Positions 14,259-26,801 of a stretch of DNA of 64,000 bases are shown here, piece by piece. A program made the position numbers and the translations under genes. Under the pieces are notes generated by a model, which worked only from the letters and a program-made list of their open reading frames with translations, was not told where the DNA came from and did not search any database. The stretch spans positions 34,081,877 to 34,145,876 of the forward strand of contig NC_083429.1 in NCBI RefSeq assembly GCF_020745735.1, given 5' to 3'. This DNA is from Hemiscyllium ocellatum (taxonomy: Eukaryota). Position 1 is the stretch's first letter, and each line of letters starts with the position of its first letter.

Positions 14259-15278
14259 CTAGAAATAAGCATTTGGAATATGAATTTTGTTACACTCATC
14301 CCTTCTGAATGGTTTTCACTCATCTTGAAGGTTGTAAGCTCATGCAATTGTATATTTAGTGTTCGCACATCAGAAGTGTATGAATCATCCAATTATGACC
14401 AGGCTGGTGGTTATAAACATTTCCCCAGTACAATTTTGTCCAAAGAAAAACCCCTTATTCGCGACATTTTTTGGTTTATTTGCCCATTCTCAGTGATTCT
14501 TTGCTTCTTTAGGTATTAAATAAAAAAAGTGAATATTTGCTACAATCATTAAATTTCCTTAAAATATGTAAAGTCTTTCGAGCATGGAAAACAGTTCCTC
14601 TGGCCTATGATCTCTATGTCAACCAATAACTATACTGATTTATTTGCACTTGGTCCATGACCCATATTGCCTGGGCATTTTAATTACTGATCTAGAGGCT
14701 TAAGTGTGGCTAGAGTACCTGCCTCCACCACTCCCAGGCAACATATTTCATATATCTGCACACTCTGGGCGAAGAAAACCTCATTCATACCTCCTCTGAA
14801 ACTACTTGTTCCTTACCTTCAAGGTATGCCCTCTGGTTTTAGAAAATGTCTGCCAAGGGGAAGAGATTCTCAATCTACTCTGTCTACACCTCTCAATTTT
14901 GTACATCATATCGGACGCCTGCCTCAGCCACCTTTGCTCCAAGGAAAATAAACCCAGTCTATCCAGTCTCTTCGCGTAACCGAGACTTCTCACCACAGGC
15001 AACATCTTGTTGATTCTTCTCTGCCCCCATTCCAGTGCAACCACTTCTTTCTAAAAGTAAAAAAACGTGACAACCGGGACTGCATATGGTGTTCCTACAT
15101 TTTACAACTATCACAAGACTTGCTTGCTGCTACATTCTATGCCCTGCTAATGAAGGCAAGTATAATATGTGCCTTCTTCACCACCCTATCCACCTGTGCT
15201 GCGCCAAGTAATTATACACCAAGCATTATGAAGAAACCTACACAAGACAATACAATACCTTATTTGAATCTTCCATAC

Positions 15279-15390
15279 CTGCAAGAGGACAGAGGCCTGG
15301 TGGCGTATGCTGACGTACAAAAGACAGAAATTCATATTCTGCTTGCTGCAGGCTGATCTTGCTATCACGCACTGCCTGTGTGAGGCCTGA
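15279..15390 (-). CDS. REXO2: REXO2 exon 4, [37 protein letters not shown]
   Basis: 112 nt, AG/GT boundaries, near-identical to the human sequence. Confidence 0.97.
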
Positions 15391-16656
15391 CTGCAAGAAA
15401 GATCAAAATATACATGTTTCACATTGTTAACGTGGTAATCACGTGCCATCACAGAAATTCAAACTGAGTCACGCTTTCAAATTCAACTCAACAGTACAAT
15501 TTAAAAGGCATCTGGACGGGTAGATGAATAGGAACCGTTTGGAGGGATATAGGCCGTGTGCTGGCAGATGGGATGAGATTGGGTTGGGAAATTTGGTCAG
15601 CATTGACAAGTTGAACCAAAGGGTCTGTTTCCATTTTGTACATTTGACACTTTTGCCCATTAAATAGTACATCCTTTACTCTTTCTTCCACTAATTTGAA
15701 TAATGTATGAAGACATGATTAATATCTCCTGTAGTGCGCAAGAGTCGATGGCCTTGTAGTATTATAATGTAGGACTATTAACGCACAGACCCAAACAGTA
15801 TTTTGGAGAATTCAAAAAATCTTTAGAATTAAAGAGTGTAATGACCGCGAATCCATTGTCAAAAAAAACTCATCCGATTCACTAATGTCCTTCAGAGAAG
15901 GGAACTGCCATCTTCACCTGATTAGGCCTACATATGACTCCAGACCCACAACAACATGGTTGACTCAATTGCCCACTGGACAATTATAGATGCGCAATAA
16001 CTGCCTAGCCAGACACCCTCATCCCAGAAAGTATTAAAAATAAAAGTAGTGAAGTTCTCAAGAAAAAAAAATTGATGCCAGTGAGTAAAGATTACGAGCA
16101 GTGTAGATGCAATTCAGAACAACTGACCAATTTGAAAATAGCAAATTCTGCCCTTCCAATAATAACAACAATTATATGGATACTTCAGCATCACTGTTTG
16201 CTGCAACAATAAACAGCAAGGCCACTGGCAATGACATTACTATAGGGTAAATTTGACAGTAACCTCCGGCACTGTTACAGATGCCAATCTAGAAACTACT
16301 GTCAAATCGGTTTTGCCACAGGGCAGGTTGATCCACTGATATACATGGAACTGAAATTATACTAGAAAAAAAAAAGGTAAAAATCTTACTTGATTTACTG
16401 AAGTCATTTGAAATAAAAGAAAAAAAAAGGTGCTATTGCGTGAAAAGGGAGTTTTAGAACGGAGGAAAAGTAATTAGTGAATAATTTTTCTGGCACCAAT
16501 GTATGTTATGTTGTGAACTCAGTTACAGATTCAAAGCAAAAGTGTCTTAGTCATTCACACTTATTTTCTCATCTTTGTTTTCTCCACATAAATTAACTAA
16601 ATGTATTTCATGCTTTTGTGGGCAAACAGTCTAACAAATAGTAAACAACCACATAC

Positions 16657-16734
16657 CTTTCCATGATGTTCTGTACACCACTCTGACATGCCATCCAATA
16701 GCTCATTTGGTTGGTTAACAATCAAGTGTGGACC
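16657..16734 (-). CDS. REXO2: REXO2 exon 3, [26 protein letters not shown]
   Basis: 78 nt, AG/GT boundaries, separated from exon 2 by an 83 nt intron. Confidence 0.96.
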
Positions 16735-16817
16735 CTAATAGAAAGTAACAGGGACAATGTTTCAAAACACATACAAAAGACACCATTTAAAGACACCAGA
16801 ATTTTAAGAAACCTTAC

Positions 16818-16901
16818 CTCAGCTAAAATATTCAAATCTGCATCAGTTATAATGCATGCCATTTCTATGATTTTATCTTTTTCTATATCCAATCCAGTCA
16901 T
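16818..16901 (-). CDS. REXO2: REXO2 exon 2, [28 protein letters not shown]
   Basis: 84 nt, AG/GT boundaries, continues the ExoI motif DLEMTGL. Confidence 0.97.
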
Positions 16902-18289
16902 CTATTTAGGGATAAAAGCAAAATGTCAGACCACATTGTAGTTTTAATTACATAGCTTTCCCACTTTTCTGGCACTTACACAATAAAAAAAAGGTTAAGT
17001 ATTAATTGCATCATAGCTAGCTTCTGTAAAAGCTACACCCCATATTACAAAAGGCAGAACATTATTCTGGTTCTCTATACTTCACTTCTAATCAAGTTAG
17101 GAGACACAGCTCTGCACAGAACAGGCTAGTTGAGGAACCTAAAACTGGTCACATCAACAAACCCCAAGTGAACCAGTTTCCAAAAACACCACCTCACATA
17201 AAACTTAAATGACTTATGCCTTCATATCAACTATTAAAGTAATAGTCAATCTGATGACTATAGTACTGACTGCACAAGATGGGTATACTCCAAGCACATA
17301 TCCTGAAAGCTTCTAAGAAGGAGATCAAACCCCCAGTTCATGGGAGATCCTTTTAAGTGACCTAAAATGAAGGTGGCTCTTTCAGGAAGGCACCAAGCAT
17401 AACAAAAGACTTCATCAGGAACACTAAAAAGTGAAGCTAAGTGATTGAACAGGTGCACAAGTCATGGACTCAACTCTTCCTCCCTCCAGGCACCACCTAC
17501 TTTACAGACAGCAGTGTCTGCCAATCTTACACAGCTATCTGGAGTGGAACAAATCATTCATAATCTTAAAGGGCTAGCAAAGGAGACAATAAAGTGCTTA
17601 TAATCTAGAACCCAGGCCATCAAACTGAAATGTAATTCGATCCCTTTTCATTCCATCAATTCTTGCTTCTTAGCTGCACACGTCATTTCCCACCCAGGTA
17701 GAAAACCTATATAGGTCCCGAGTACCAATACTTTAAGCTAAGAAGAGTTGATCGGTTTGCATGGTCAAGTTACTGACTTTTTGTGCAAAAAGTGTACCAT
17801 CCAATAGCAAGTACCACGCCAGATATAATGCAGCTCACTGCAGAAAAACCATTGGGTAAACTTGCATCATCTCTCTCTGGCACAGTACAAACGCCACATA
17901 TGCCATAGCACAAAGCATTTCTTAATTTAGGGTCGGATCTATTAAAACCATAAACTAGGTTTCCTTGTCAAATCATGCCTATTACAAGATCATTGCGGGA
18001 CGTTTTTTTTTGTAAGTAGTCTCTGGAAACGACCATGTTCGGGCTACTTTAGGGGAGATCAAAATGCAGAAAAAGCAAAGTGAAAAGCTGGACGAATTAA
18101 AAGATTATTCACAACTGGGCTAAAATGAAATCCTCATTTGTAGAAAACATTTTGCAAATGCTGTTTAAAGTGAGGAGAGGCTGATGCAAAGCGGCAGTTC
18201 TCTCCTGGTCCCCAGGGATACATTAGTTTGCCATCAGATGGCTCTAGCAGGCTGGAAGGGAAAGGGGTGAGGGTTGGGGTAAAAGTTAC

Positions 18290-18541
18290 CTCCAGATCCA
18301 CCCAGACCATCCTCTTGGCCATGCTCTGGGCTGCCATGGTGGCGTGTGACCGCGCTAAAAGGAGCGAGTCGGAGCTGGGTGAAAGCGGCTCCCGCTCGCT
18401 GCGACTGAGCGGGGACTGGAAGCAGGGGTAGGCCGAGCGGAGGCAGCCGGGACACGGAGCAAAGTCCCAGAACGGCCGGCTGCAAGGGATGGACACGCCG
18501 GCGGCTTTAAAGCCGGCACCGAGAACGCGCAGTCGCAGCAT
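18290..18541 (-). CDS. REXO2: REXO2 exon 1: putative mitochondrial presequence (ATG 18541) plus internal ATG 18337, MAAQSMAKRMVWVDLE
   Basis: WVDLE|gtaact donor, 252 nt in frame. The choice of the upstream ATG is inferred. Confidence 0.9.
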
Positions 18542-19100
18542 CGATGACCGGCGGCCGGCACGGCCAATCTGAGCGACGGCAGCTTGGCGACGGCGCCCCG
18601 CCCACCTCGCGGCAGCAGTGTCGCAAAGCGGCGGGAGTCTCGAGCGGGAGGCTGTCGCTGAGCGGGAAGGCGCGCGGTTCCACAGAGAGTGACGGTTAAT
18701 GTCGCCAAGTGGTGACCGCCAAAACACTCAGTGGCGCTGACACTCCACACACAGTGTACGGTGACCACATTCCCCACTCCCAGCCGCACTCGCTGGGATG
18801 TGGATGAAGGGCTATCCTGCTCCCCTCAAGGCCCGGGGCTCTCTTGCTCCTCTGTGCGTCACGGGGTTTTGGCTTCGCCCGCTCCCGAGAGAGAGAGAAA
18901 ACAAAAAAAAAAGTCACGGCAGAGTTGTGAGATTCTGGAGTGAAGCGGGGCGCTTGAGATGCTAATTGAAGGGAAATGTGAGACGCCGATGAAGGAGAGT
19001 GCATGAAGGGGGAAGAGAGGGTGAATGGGGGGACGCTGAGTGAAGGAGTGTGGGGCAGGAAAAGCTCAGCAGGCCGAGCAGCAGGAGAATCGACATAAGA
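18330..19100. promoter_or_regulatory. REXO2 CpG island and promoter (CCAAT 18564-68, GC box ~18596-18603)
   Basis: Dense CpG over exon 1 and upstream, in an otherwise CpG-depleted window. Confidence 0.8.
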
Positions 19101-19739
19101 CAGGAGTGGGAATAAGGCCATTGGGCCCATTGAGACCATTCCGCCGTTTAGGCATGGCTGATGGGCATTTCAACAGCACCTCCCGCACTCTCACCGTAGC
19201 CCCGTAATTCCTTGCGAGGGCAAGAATTAATCAATCTCTGCCTTGAAGACATTTATAGTCCAGGCCTCATTCTGGGAATAAGCCCTTCCCAGGTGGAAGG
19301 GAAAGCAAGACATGGAGCGAAGAAGTTGAGTGAAACACCCGGGTGAAGGCTAGAGCTTGGGGTCATACGATGGAGAGAGCTTGAGTCAGAGTGAGGGAGA
19401 GCAAGACCTGGAGTAAAGAGTTAGAGCGAGATGTAGAATGAACGTGGTCTCAGAGAGAGCTGTGAGAAGCAGGAAAAATGAGATTCAGTTAAGAGGGAGA
19501 ATGAGACAGTAAGTGAGATGCCGGATGAAAGGTGTGAGTGTAGAATTGCAAAACACTGGGGGGGGGGGAGAATGTGAGAAGGGCTGAGCAAGATGCTGAG
19601 TAAATGGGAAAGGGAGAGTGTGACACCATTGGGGAAAGAGACCAAGAAGGTTGAGAGAAAATAAGTGAGACACAATAATAGAGTGAATGATGCCAAATGT
19701 AAAAGTTAATTAAGTAGTTTTGGCTGAGCAGGTGATGTG

Positions 19740-20160
19740 TTGTAGCTGTATGATGGGGACTGGCTGATCCCATTGTGAATGGCAGTGAGGCTGTGGAAAG
19801 ATTTAGACAGTTTAGGAGAGTGATCCAGGAAATGGCTGATGAAATTCAACGTCAGCAAATGTGAGGTCTTCCATTTTGGAAAAATGAATACAGGAATCAA
19901 CTATTTTCTAAACGGTGAGAAAATTTATAAAGCCGAAGTATAAAAGAATCTGGGAGTGTAACCCAGGATTCTCTAAAATTTAACTTGCAGGTTGAGTCCG
20001 TGATTAAGAAAGCGAATGTAATGTCATTAATCTCAAGCGGGTTGGAATGTAAAAGCAGCGATGTGTTTTTGAGAATTTATCAAGCTCTAATTAGGCCACG
20101 TTTAGAAACTGACCAATTTTGGGCTCCATGCCTCAGGAAGGACATACTGGCATTGGGTAG
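19740..20160 (+). mobile_element. CR1 RT fragment
   Basis: ..IYQALIRPRLE..QFWAPCLRKDI peptide. Confidence 0.8.
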
Positions 20161-21410
20161 TGTCAGGGCTCTCACAGACACACTAAATGATTGAGTTCTA
20201 AGCTGCTACAGTGAAGTCTTAGAGGAGAAGTTTCCTCAAAAATCCAACCGGGCATATTGTTTTTTTTCTCTGGACAGGTCAGAGGCAGCAGGTGAGATCC
20301 AAAACTGTTTTGCTAAAGGCATTTTTGTCATATGCTGTGTTTATAGAATGCTGTGGATATCAGAGCAGCTGAGGATTAGTGGTTAAAAAAGATGTTATCC
20401 TAGTTTATATTTCAATAGAGTTAGTTATGTCAGTTCTTTTCATTTGTATTTTAACTATGTTGTAAGAATAACGTGTTTTGCTTTAAGCCTTGTAGTGGAC
20501 CAGTTGAATTTCATCTGAAACACAGTGCCTTTTACTTGCCTTCAAATAGATATAAAAGTTAGCTTTTTCAAAGATAGGGGTGCTTGTCTGGTCCACAACA
20601 ATATTGATGATTTGTCCAGGATAGAATTGGGTGGCACGGTGGCACAGTGGTTAGCACTGCTGCCTCACAGCGCCAGAGACCCGGGTTCAATTCCCGACTC
20701 AGGCGACTGACTGTGTGGAGTTTGCACATTCTCCCCGTGTCTGCGTGGGTTTCCTCCGGGTGCTCCGGTTTCCTTCCACAGTCCAAAAAAAAATGTATAG
20801 GTTAGGTGAATTGGCCTTGCTAAATTGCCCGTAGTGTTAGGTGAAGGGGTAATGGTAGGAGTATGGGTGGGTTGAGCTTCAGCGGGTCAGTGTGGTCTTG
20901 TTGGGCCGAAGGGCCTGTTTCCACACTGTAAGTAATCTAATGATTCCAGTTTGGGTTTTGGAATATTGGACCAAAAAATAGTGTTCTCTTTTCAAGTGTT
21001 GCAATCAGTTGGTGAAAATAAGGTGTGCCTTGTGTAATAATGGCTCTTTCGGTGTCTTTGGAAGTGGAAGGCATCACTTGGGATGGTTTACAGAAGGTGA
21101 ATAAGGACACAGTTTTGGAATTGGCAGGCCAGCTGATGATGGAGTTGCCTGTGTCTGTGAGTAAAAAGATAATTGTAGCAAGACCTCAATATTTCCAATA
21201 GCCAAAAATGGAATTGCAATTATTAGAGATCTCCAAAATTCACTAGCAAATGAAGCAAATTGAATTAGAGGGAATGACAAAGGGGAAAGAAGGAGAAACA
21301 AAAGAAAGATAATTGCAGGGGAACAAAGAACAAAATAATTAAATTAGCTTGAGAATGAAAAGGAAATTAAAGAGTTTGAGTTAAGATTAAAAGCAGAGGA
21401 CGTCAAGTGA
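20161..21410 (+). mobile_element. Array unit 1: partial LTR (to 20600), PBS 20605-20622, SINE insertion, gag stub from ATG 21040
   Basis: Homologous to the other units. LTR ends ...gtccacaACA. Confidence 0.75.
20629..20941 (+). mobile_element. HE1/V-SINE (tRNA-derived)
   Basis: A box TGGCACAGTGG, B box GGTTCAATTCC, V-domain, AATCT tail. Confidence 0.9.
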
Positions 21411-22968
21411 AGAAGAATAAATCGCTGAGTGGAAAACAAAACTAAATGCTGAGTGAAGGAGTCTGAGACATCATGCAAAGGAACAGAGTGATAAGACAAT
21501 TCAAGAGGAAAGTGAGCCGGCGAGAGAGGTCATCGAGTGAAGAGGTTGAGCCAGCCCATGCATGAATGGGGAAGAGAGAGCTGGCAAGTAAAGAGAAGGT
21601 GACACAGTGGGAACAGGGCAAGCAAGATGCTGTGAGGAGAGAAAAATGAGACGCCGATTGAAGGAGAGCAAGATGCCATGTGAAATGTGAGACACACTGA
21701 GCAAAGGAGGAGAATGAAACAAGTGAAAGGACAGGAAAAAACTGAGAGAAAGAGGAAAGGAAAGGCTTAGTGAAAGGGCACAGCGAGACACTGAGAGAAG
21801 GAAGAGGGTGAGATGTTGAGTGATGGAGAAGAGTGAGATGAAGAAGAAAAGGAAAGAGTATGTTGCTAACTCAAGGAGAGTGAAATGCCAAGCGAAGAGG
21901 GAGAGTGAGATACTGAGTGAAGTAGAAGAGCAAGACGTTAAGTGAAGGAGATCAAAATGTTGACGGAAGATGTTACATGAGACGTTGACTAATGGAAAGT
22001 GACTGACCAGGTGAAGGAAAGTAAAACACAGTGAAGGATGGACTGAGATGACAATTAAAGTATAGCAAGACCCCGACTGAAGGAAGGGCGTGAGACATGG
22101 AGTAAAGGAGGGAGTGAGATGCCGAGTGAAGAGGGAAATGAGTCGACAAGTGGACAGAGAGCACGAGGTGCCAAGTGAAGGAGAAACTGACTGAATGAGA
22201 AGAGCAAGACATTGAGTAAAGTGGAGACTATGACACTGAGTGAAGAAGGAGAACAAGATGTTATAAGGAGAGAAAAATGCCAAGAGAGGAGGGAGGACGT
22301 GATACTGAGTGAACTGGGAGAGCAAGATTTGAAATACAGGTGAGGCAACACTGAACGAAGGGATTATATGAAATGCTGAGTGACGGAAAGTCACTAACTG
22401 AATGAAGGCAAGCAAGACACCTAGTAAAGGAGGGAGGTAGGATACAGAGTGAAGGAGAGCAAGATACCAGTTCAAGGAGAAGTGCGAGACACTGGAGTGA
22501 AGGAGGGAGTGAGATCCCGATTGAAGGAAAATGAGAAACATGTTAGATGAGAGTGAGAAGAAGAGTCAAGAGGAAAATAATTCGTCAAGTGAACAGAGAG
22601 ATTAAGATGCTGAGCAAATGGGGATACTGAGGTAGCAAGTGATGAGGGTGAGATATGGAATGAAGTGGAAAGCATGACACTGAGTGACCAAGATGAGCAA
22701 GAGGCCATATGAAGAGGAAAGTGAGGTACTGATTGAAGGAGTGCAAAATGCTAAGTGAGGAGGGAGAATGTGATACCAAGTGAAGTGGGCGAGCAAGATG
22801 TGAAGGAGAGCAGCATATTGAATGAAGATATTACATGAGATGCTGAGTGACGGAAAGTGACTAAGTGGGTGAAGGAAAGCGAGACACCGAGTGAAGGAGG
22901 GAGGGAGATGCAGAGTGAAAGAGATATCGAGTGAAGAAAGAGAGCAAGGCATGGAGCAAAGAGGTAAT

Positions 22969-23281
22969 GATTAGATTATTTACAGTGTGGAAACAGGTCC
23001 TTCGGCCCAACAAGACACGCTGACCCACTGAAGCGCAACCCACCCATACCCCTACCATTACCCCTTCACCTAACACTACGGGCAATTTAGCAAGGCCAAT
23101 TCACCTAACCTGCACATTTCGTTTTTGGACTGTTGGAGAAAACCAGAGCACCCGGAGGAAACCCACACAGACACGGGGAGAATGTGCAAACTCCACACAG
23201 TCAGTCGCCTGAGTCGGGAATTGAACCCAGGTCTCTGGCGCTGTGAGGCAGCAGTGCTAACCACTGTGCCACCGTGCCTCC
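22969..23281 (-). mobile_element. HE1/V-SINE, inverted copy carrying the 5' flank of the 20629 copy
   Basis: Reverse complement of the 20629 SINE. Confidence 0.9.
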
Positions 23282-24007
23282 CAATTCTATCCTGGACAAA
23301 TCATCAATATTGTTGTGGAGATGCCGAGTGAGGGAGAACGTGATACATGTAGGATCAGAGTGAGAAGAAGAATCAAGTGGAAAATGTGTCACCAATTGAG
23401 AAGTAGACACTGAGTGAAAGGGGACTGAGATACTGAGTGAAAGGGGACAGCAGTACGAGTGAAGGAGAGAGTGTGATACTGAGTGAACTAAGAGAACACA
23501 AAGCCATGAGAAGGAACAAGTGTGTTGCTGAATGAAGGAGAGCAGGGCGCAAAGTGACAGGGGAGAGCAAGACACTGAGCAAAGGAGGAGGATGAGATGT
23601 TGAAGGGGGAAATTGAGGTACCGAGAGGTAGATATTGAGATGCTGACTGAAGGGGAGTAACATGCAATTTGAAGCAGGGAGTGAGCTACTGAGTGAAGGA
23701 TAATGAGACACCGAGTGAAGGAGCGAGTGAGACACTGAGTAAAGAAGAGAAAGACACCAAGTAAATGAGAGAATGAAATTCCAAGAAATAGTGAGTGAGA
23801 TCCTGAGTGGAGGATAGTGTGTAATTACAGGTGAAGGAGCGTGAGACACCATGCGAAATAGGAGACAGAAGACACTAGTCAAAAGGAAAATAAGTAAAGT
23901 GAATAGAGAGCACAATACGCTGAGTGAAGGGGCGATTGAAATAGTGAAGGAGAACAGCGGGATGTTTAGTGAATGTGGAGAGTCAGATGTCAAGTGAACG
24001 TGGTCAG

Positions 24008-24750
24008 TATAACAGTTCTATGCTTTAAAGTGAGATGTGTTCTGTTTCTGTTGCAGAGAGATTTTGCCATGATGGTGTTAGAATGTATCCTTCAGACAGG
24101 CAGTTGATATCAGCCTTTGAAGTCTCTTTGGGTTTATTTTGTGAATGCAACGAATGAAGTGGTTAGCATCAGGGCTGTCACAGACAGAGTGGTATTTACT
24201 TTTGCTTTTAGTTGGTCAGTAAGAAGGTTTCCGCGGACACTGAACTAAATGTTTGAGTTCCAAACTGCTAGAATGAAGTCTTAGACAAGAGATTTCCTCT
24301 TAAAAATCCAAGGGGCATGTGTTGCTTTCTCTTGGACTGGAGTCAGGCAGGAGATGTGATCCAGAACTGTTTTGATAAACGCATTTTTGTCCAAGGCTGT
24401 GTTTATAGGATGCTTCGGATACTGGAACAGCTGAGGATTAGCAGTTAAATAAGATGTCATCTTGGAATGTATTTCAATAGAGTTAGTTATGCCAGTTCTT
24501 CTTTTCATTTGTATTTGAACTGTAAGAATAAGGTGTGTTTTGCTTTAAGCCTAGTAGTGGACCAATCGAATTTCATCTGAAACACAATGCCCTAAACTTG
24601 CCTTTAAATATATAAGTTTGGGTCTTGCCTACCTCTTCACAACATTTTTGTTTGAAGATGGTGGTGTCCTGTCTGGATCACAACAAAATTGATGATTTGT
24701 CCAGGATGGAGATCTCTGATTCCAGTCTGGGTTCAGGAATATTGTGACAA
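24008..24750 (+). mobile_element. Array unit 2: full LTR 24008-24685 and PBS 24690-24707; gag deleted
   Basis: tataacag...cacaaca followed by TGATGATTTGTCCAGGAT. Confidence 0.75.
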
Positions 24751-25029
24751 ACTGGGTGACAGAAAGCGATAGAGAAGGAGGGAATAAGATGCGTAGTGAT
24801 GGAGAGCAAGATACCAAGTGAAGGAGAAGAGCAAGAAACGAGTGAAGGAAGGAGTTAGATGCCACGTGAACGAAAATGAGATCCATGTAGGATGAGAGTG
24901 AGAAGAAGAGTCAAGTGGAGAATAAAGCGCCAGGTGAACAGAGAGTATGATGATGAGGAATAATCCTTGGCACAACATCGTGGGCTGAAAGGACTGTTCT
25001 GTGCTGTACCATTCTATGTTCTGTGTTCT

Positions 25030-26015
25030 ACCATCACAACGTGCACTGGGCCTCACAGGGCTGTGTGCTCATTCCATTGCTGTTCACCCTGCTAACACTG
25101 TGCAGTAATGCAGAGGTCAAATCACATCATCAAGTTCGCTGATGATGCAACTGTTGTTGGTCTCCTCAGCAGGAACGACATGTCAGCATACAAAGAGGTG
25201 GCGCAATGGCTAATAGACTCATGCAGAGCCAATAAACTGTCTTTGAACATGGACACGACCAAAGAAACGGTTGTTGACTTAAGGAGGCGTGGACTGACCC
25301 TCTCTGCTGGACATTGACGGCTCCACAGTGGAGGTCATGAAGAACACCAAATTTCTTGGCGTACACCTGGCGGAGAATCTCACCTGGACCGCCAACACCA
25401 GCTCCATAGCCAAGGAAGCCCAGCAGCTTCTCTACTTTCTGCGCAGGCTGAGGAAACCCCGCATCCTCACCACATTCTACAGAGGGTTCATTCGGAGTAC
25501 CTTGAGCTGCTGCATCACTGCCTTGTTTGGGAATTGCACTGTCTTGGATCCTAAGACCCTACAATGGATGGTGAGGGCAGCTGAGAAGGTCATCGGGTCT
25601 TTCTTCCCCCTATTAAAGGCATTTACACCTCACATTGCATCCGAAAAGCTAAGAGCATTGTGCAAGACCCACATACCCCTCATTTAAACTCTTCTCCCTC
25701 CTGCCATCTGGCAGAAGATACTGGAGCATTCGATCTCTCATGGCCAGATTGCAAGTTTCTTCTCTCAAGCCATTAGGCTCCTTTCCACAGTATGATCGGA
25801 CTCTTTCCCATCTGAAATTCTTTACATGACTTCAAAGTGCTGAAAAAATGTTTATTATTTATCATTCTTTTATTACATTATAACTTGCACATCTTGCACA
25901 TCTTATGCACTTTATGCTGTGTAGTTTTTGCTGTCCATGTAGCACCCTTGGTCCTGGAGGAACACTGTCTCGTTTTTACTGTATCAGTTGTGTGTGGTGG
26001 AAATGACAAGAGTTG
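25030..26015 (+). mobile_element. Rex1/Babar-type LINE 3' fragment; second copy at 43248-43958
   Basis: IIKFADDATVVGL and [22 protein letters not shown] peptides. Confidence 0.85.
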
Positions 26016-26017
26016 AG

Positions 26018-26054
<37 letters not shown>

Positions 26055-26129
26055 GAGACAAGTCAAAAGGAAAATGAGTCACCAAGTGAATACAGAATAC
26101 AAGGCACCAAGAGAAAGGGAGATTAAAAT

Positions 26130-26725
26130 TGTTGTGGTTCTGTTCGCCGAGCTGGGGATTTGTGTTGCAGATGTTTCGTCTCCTGTCTAGGTGACATCCT
26201 CTGTGGTTGGGAGCCTCCTGTGAAGCGCTTCTGTGATGTTTCCACCGGCAGTTATGGTGGTTTGTCTCTGCCGCTTCCGGTTGTCAGTTCCAGCTGTCCG
26301 CTGCAGTGGTCGGTATATTGGGTCCAGGTTGATGTGCTTATTGATTGAATCTGTGGATGAGTGCCATGTGTCTAGGAATTCCCTGGCTGTTCTCTGTTTG
26401 GCTTGTCCAATAATAGTAGTGTTGTCCCAGTCGAACTCATGTTGCTTGTCATCCCCATGTGTGGCTACTATGGATAATTGGTCGTGCCGTTTCGTGGCTA
26501 GTTGGTGTTCATGGATACGGATCGTTAGCTGTTTTCCTGTTTGTCCTATGTAGTGTTTTGTGCAGTCCTTGCATGGGATTTTGTACACTACGTTGATTTT
26601 GCTCATGCTGGGTATCGGGTCCTTCGTCCTGGTGAGTTGTTGTCTGAGAGTGGCTGTTGGTTTGTGTGTTGTTATGAGTCCTAGTGGTCGCAGTAGTCTG
26701 GCTGTCAGTTCAGAAATGTTCTTGA
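26130..26725 (-). mobile_element. Penelope-like element 3' fragment (GIY-YIG endonuclease)
   Basis: NVVYKIPCKDCTKHYIGQTGKQL..RIHEH peptide. Confidence 0.92.
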
Positions 26726-26801
26726 TTGAAATAGCAAGTGAAGGAAAATAGTGAGGTGTTGAGTGAACGTGGAGAGTTCAATTTCAAGTGAACATTGTTA
26801 G

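Noticed and set aside
18134-18727. 197 aa ORF as a single-exon protein
   Set aside because: It has a non-ATG start and reads through the REXO2 exon 1 donor into the intron. Only 18290-18541 is coding.
20629-20700. tRNA gene (A and B boxes present)
   Set aside because: This is the tRNA-derived head of an HE1/V-SINE, followed by the V-domain and a LINE-like tail.
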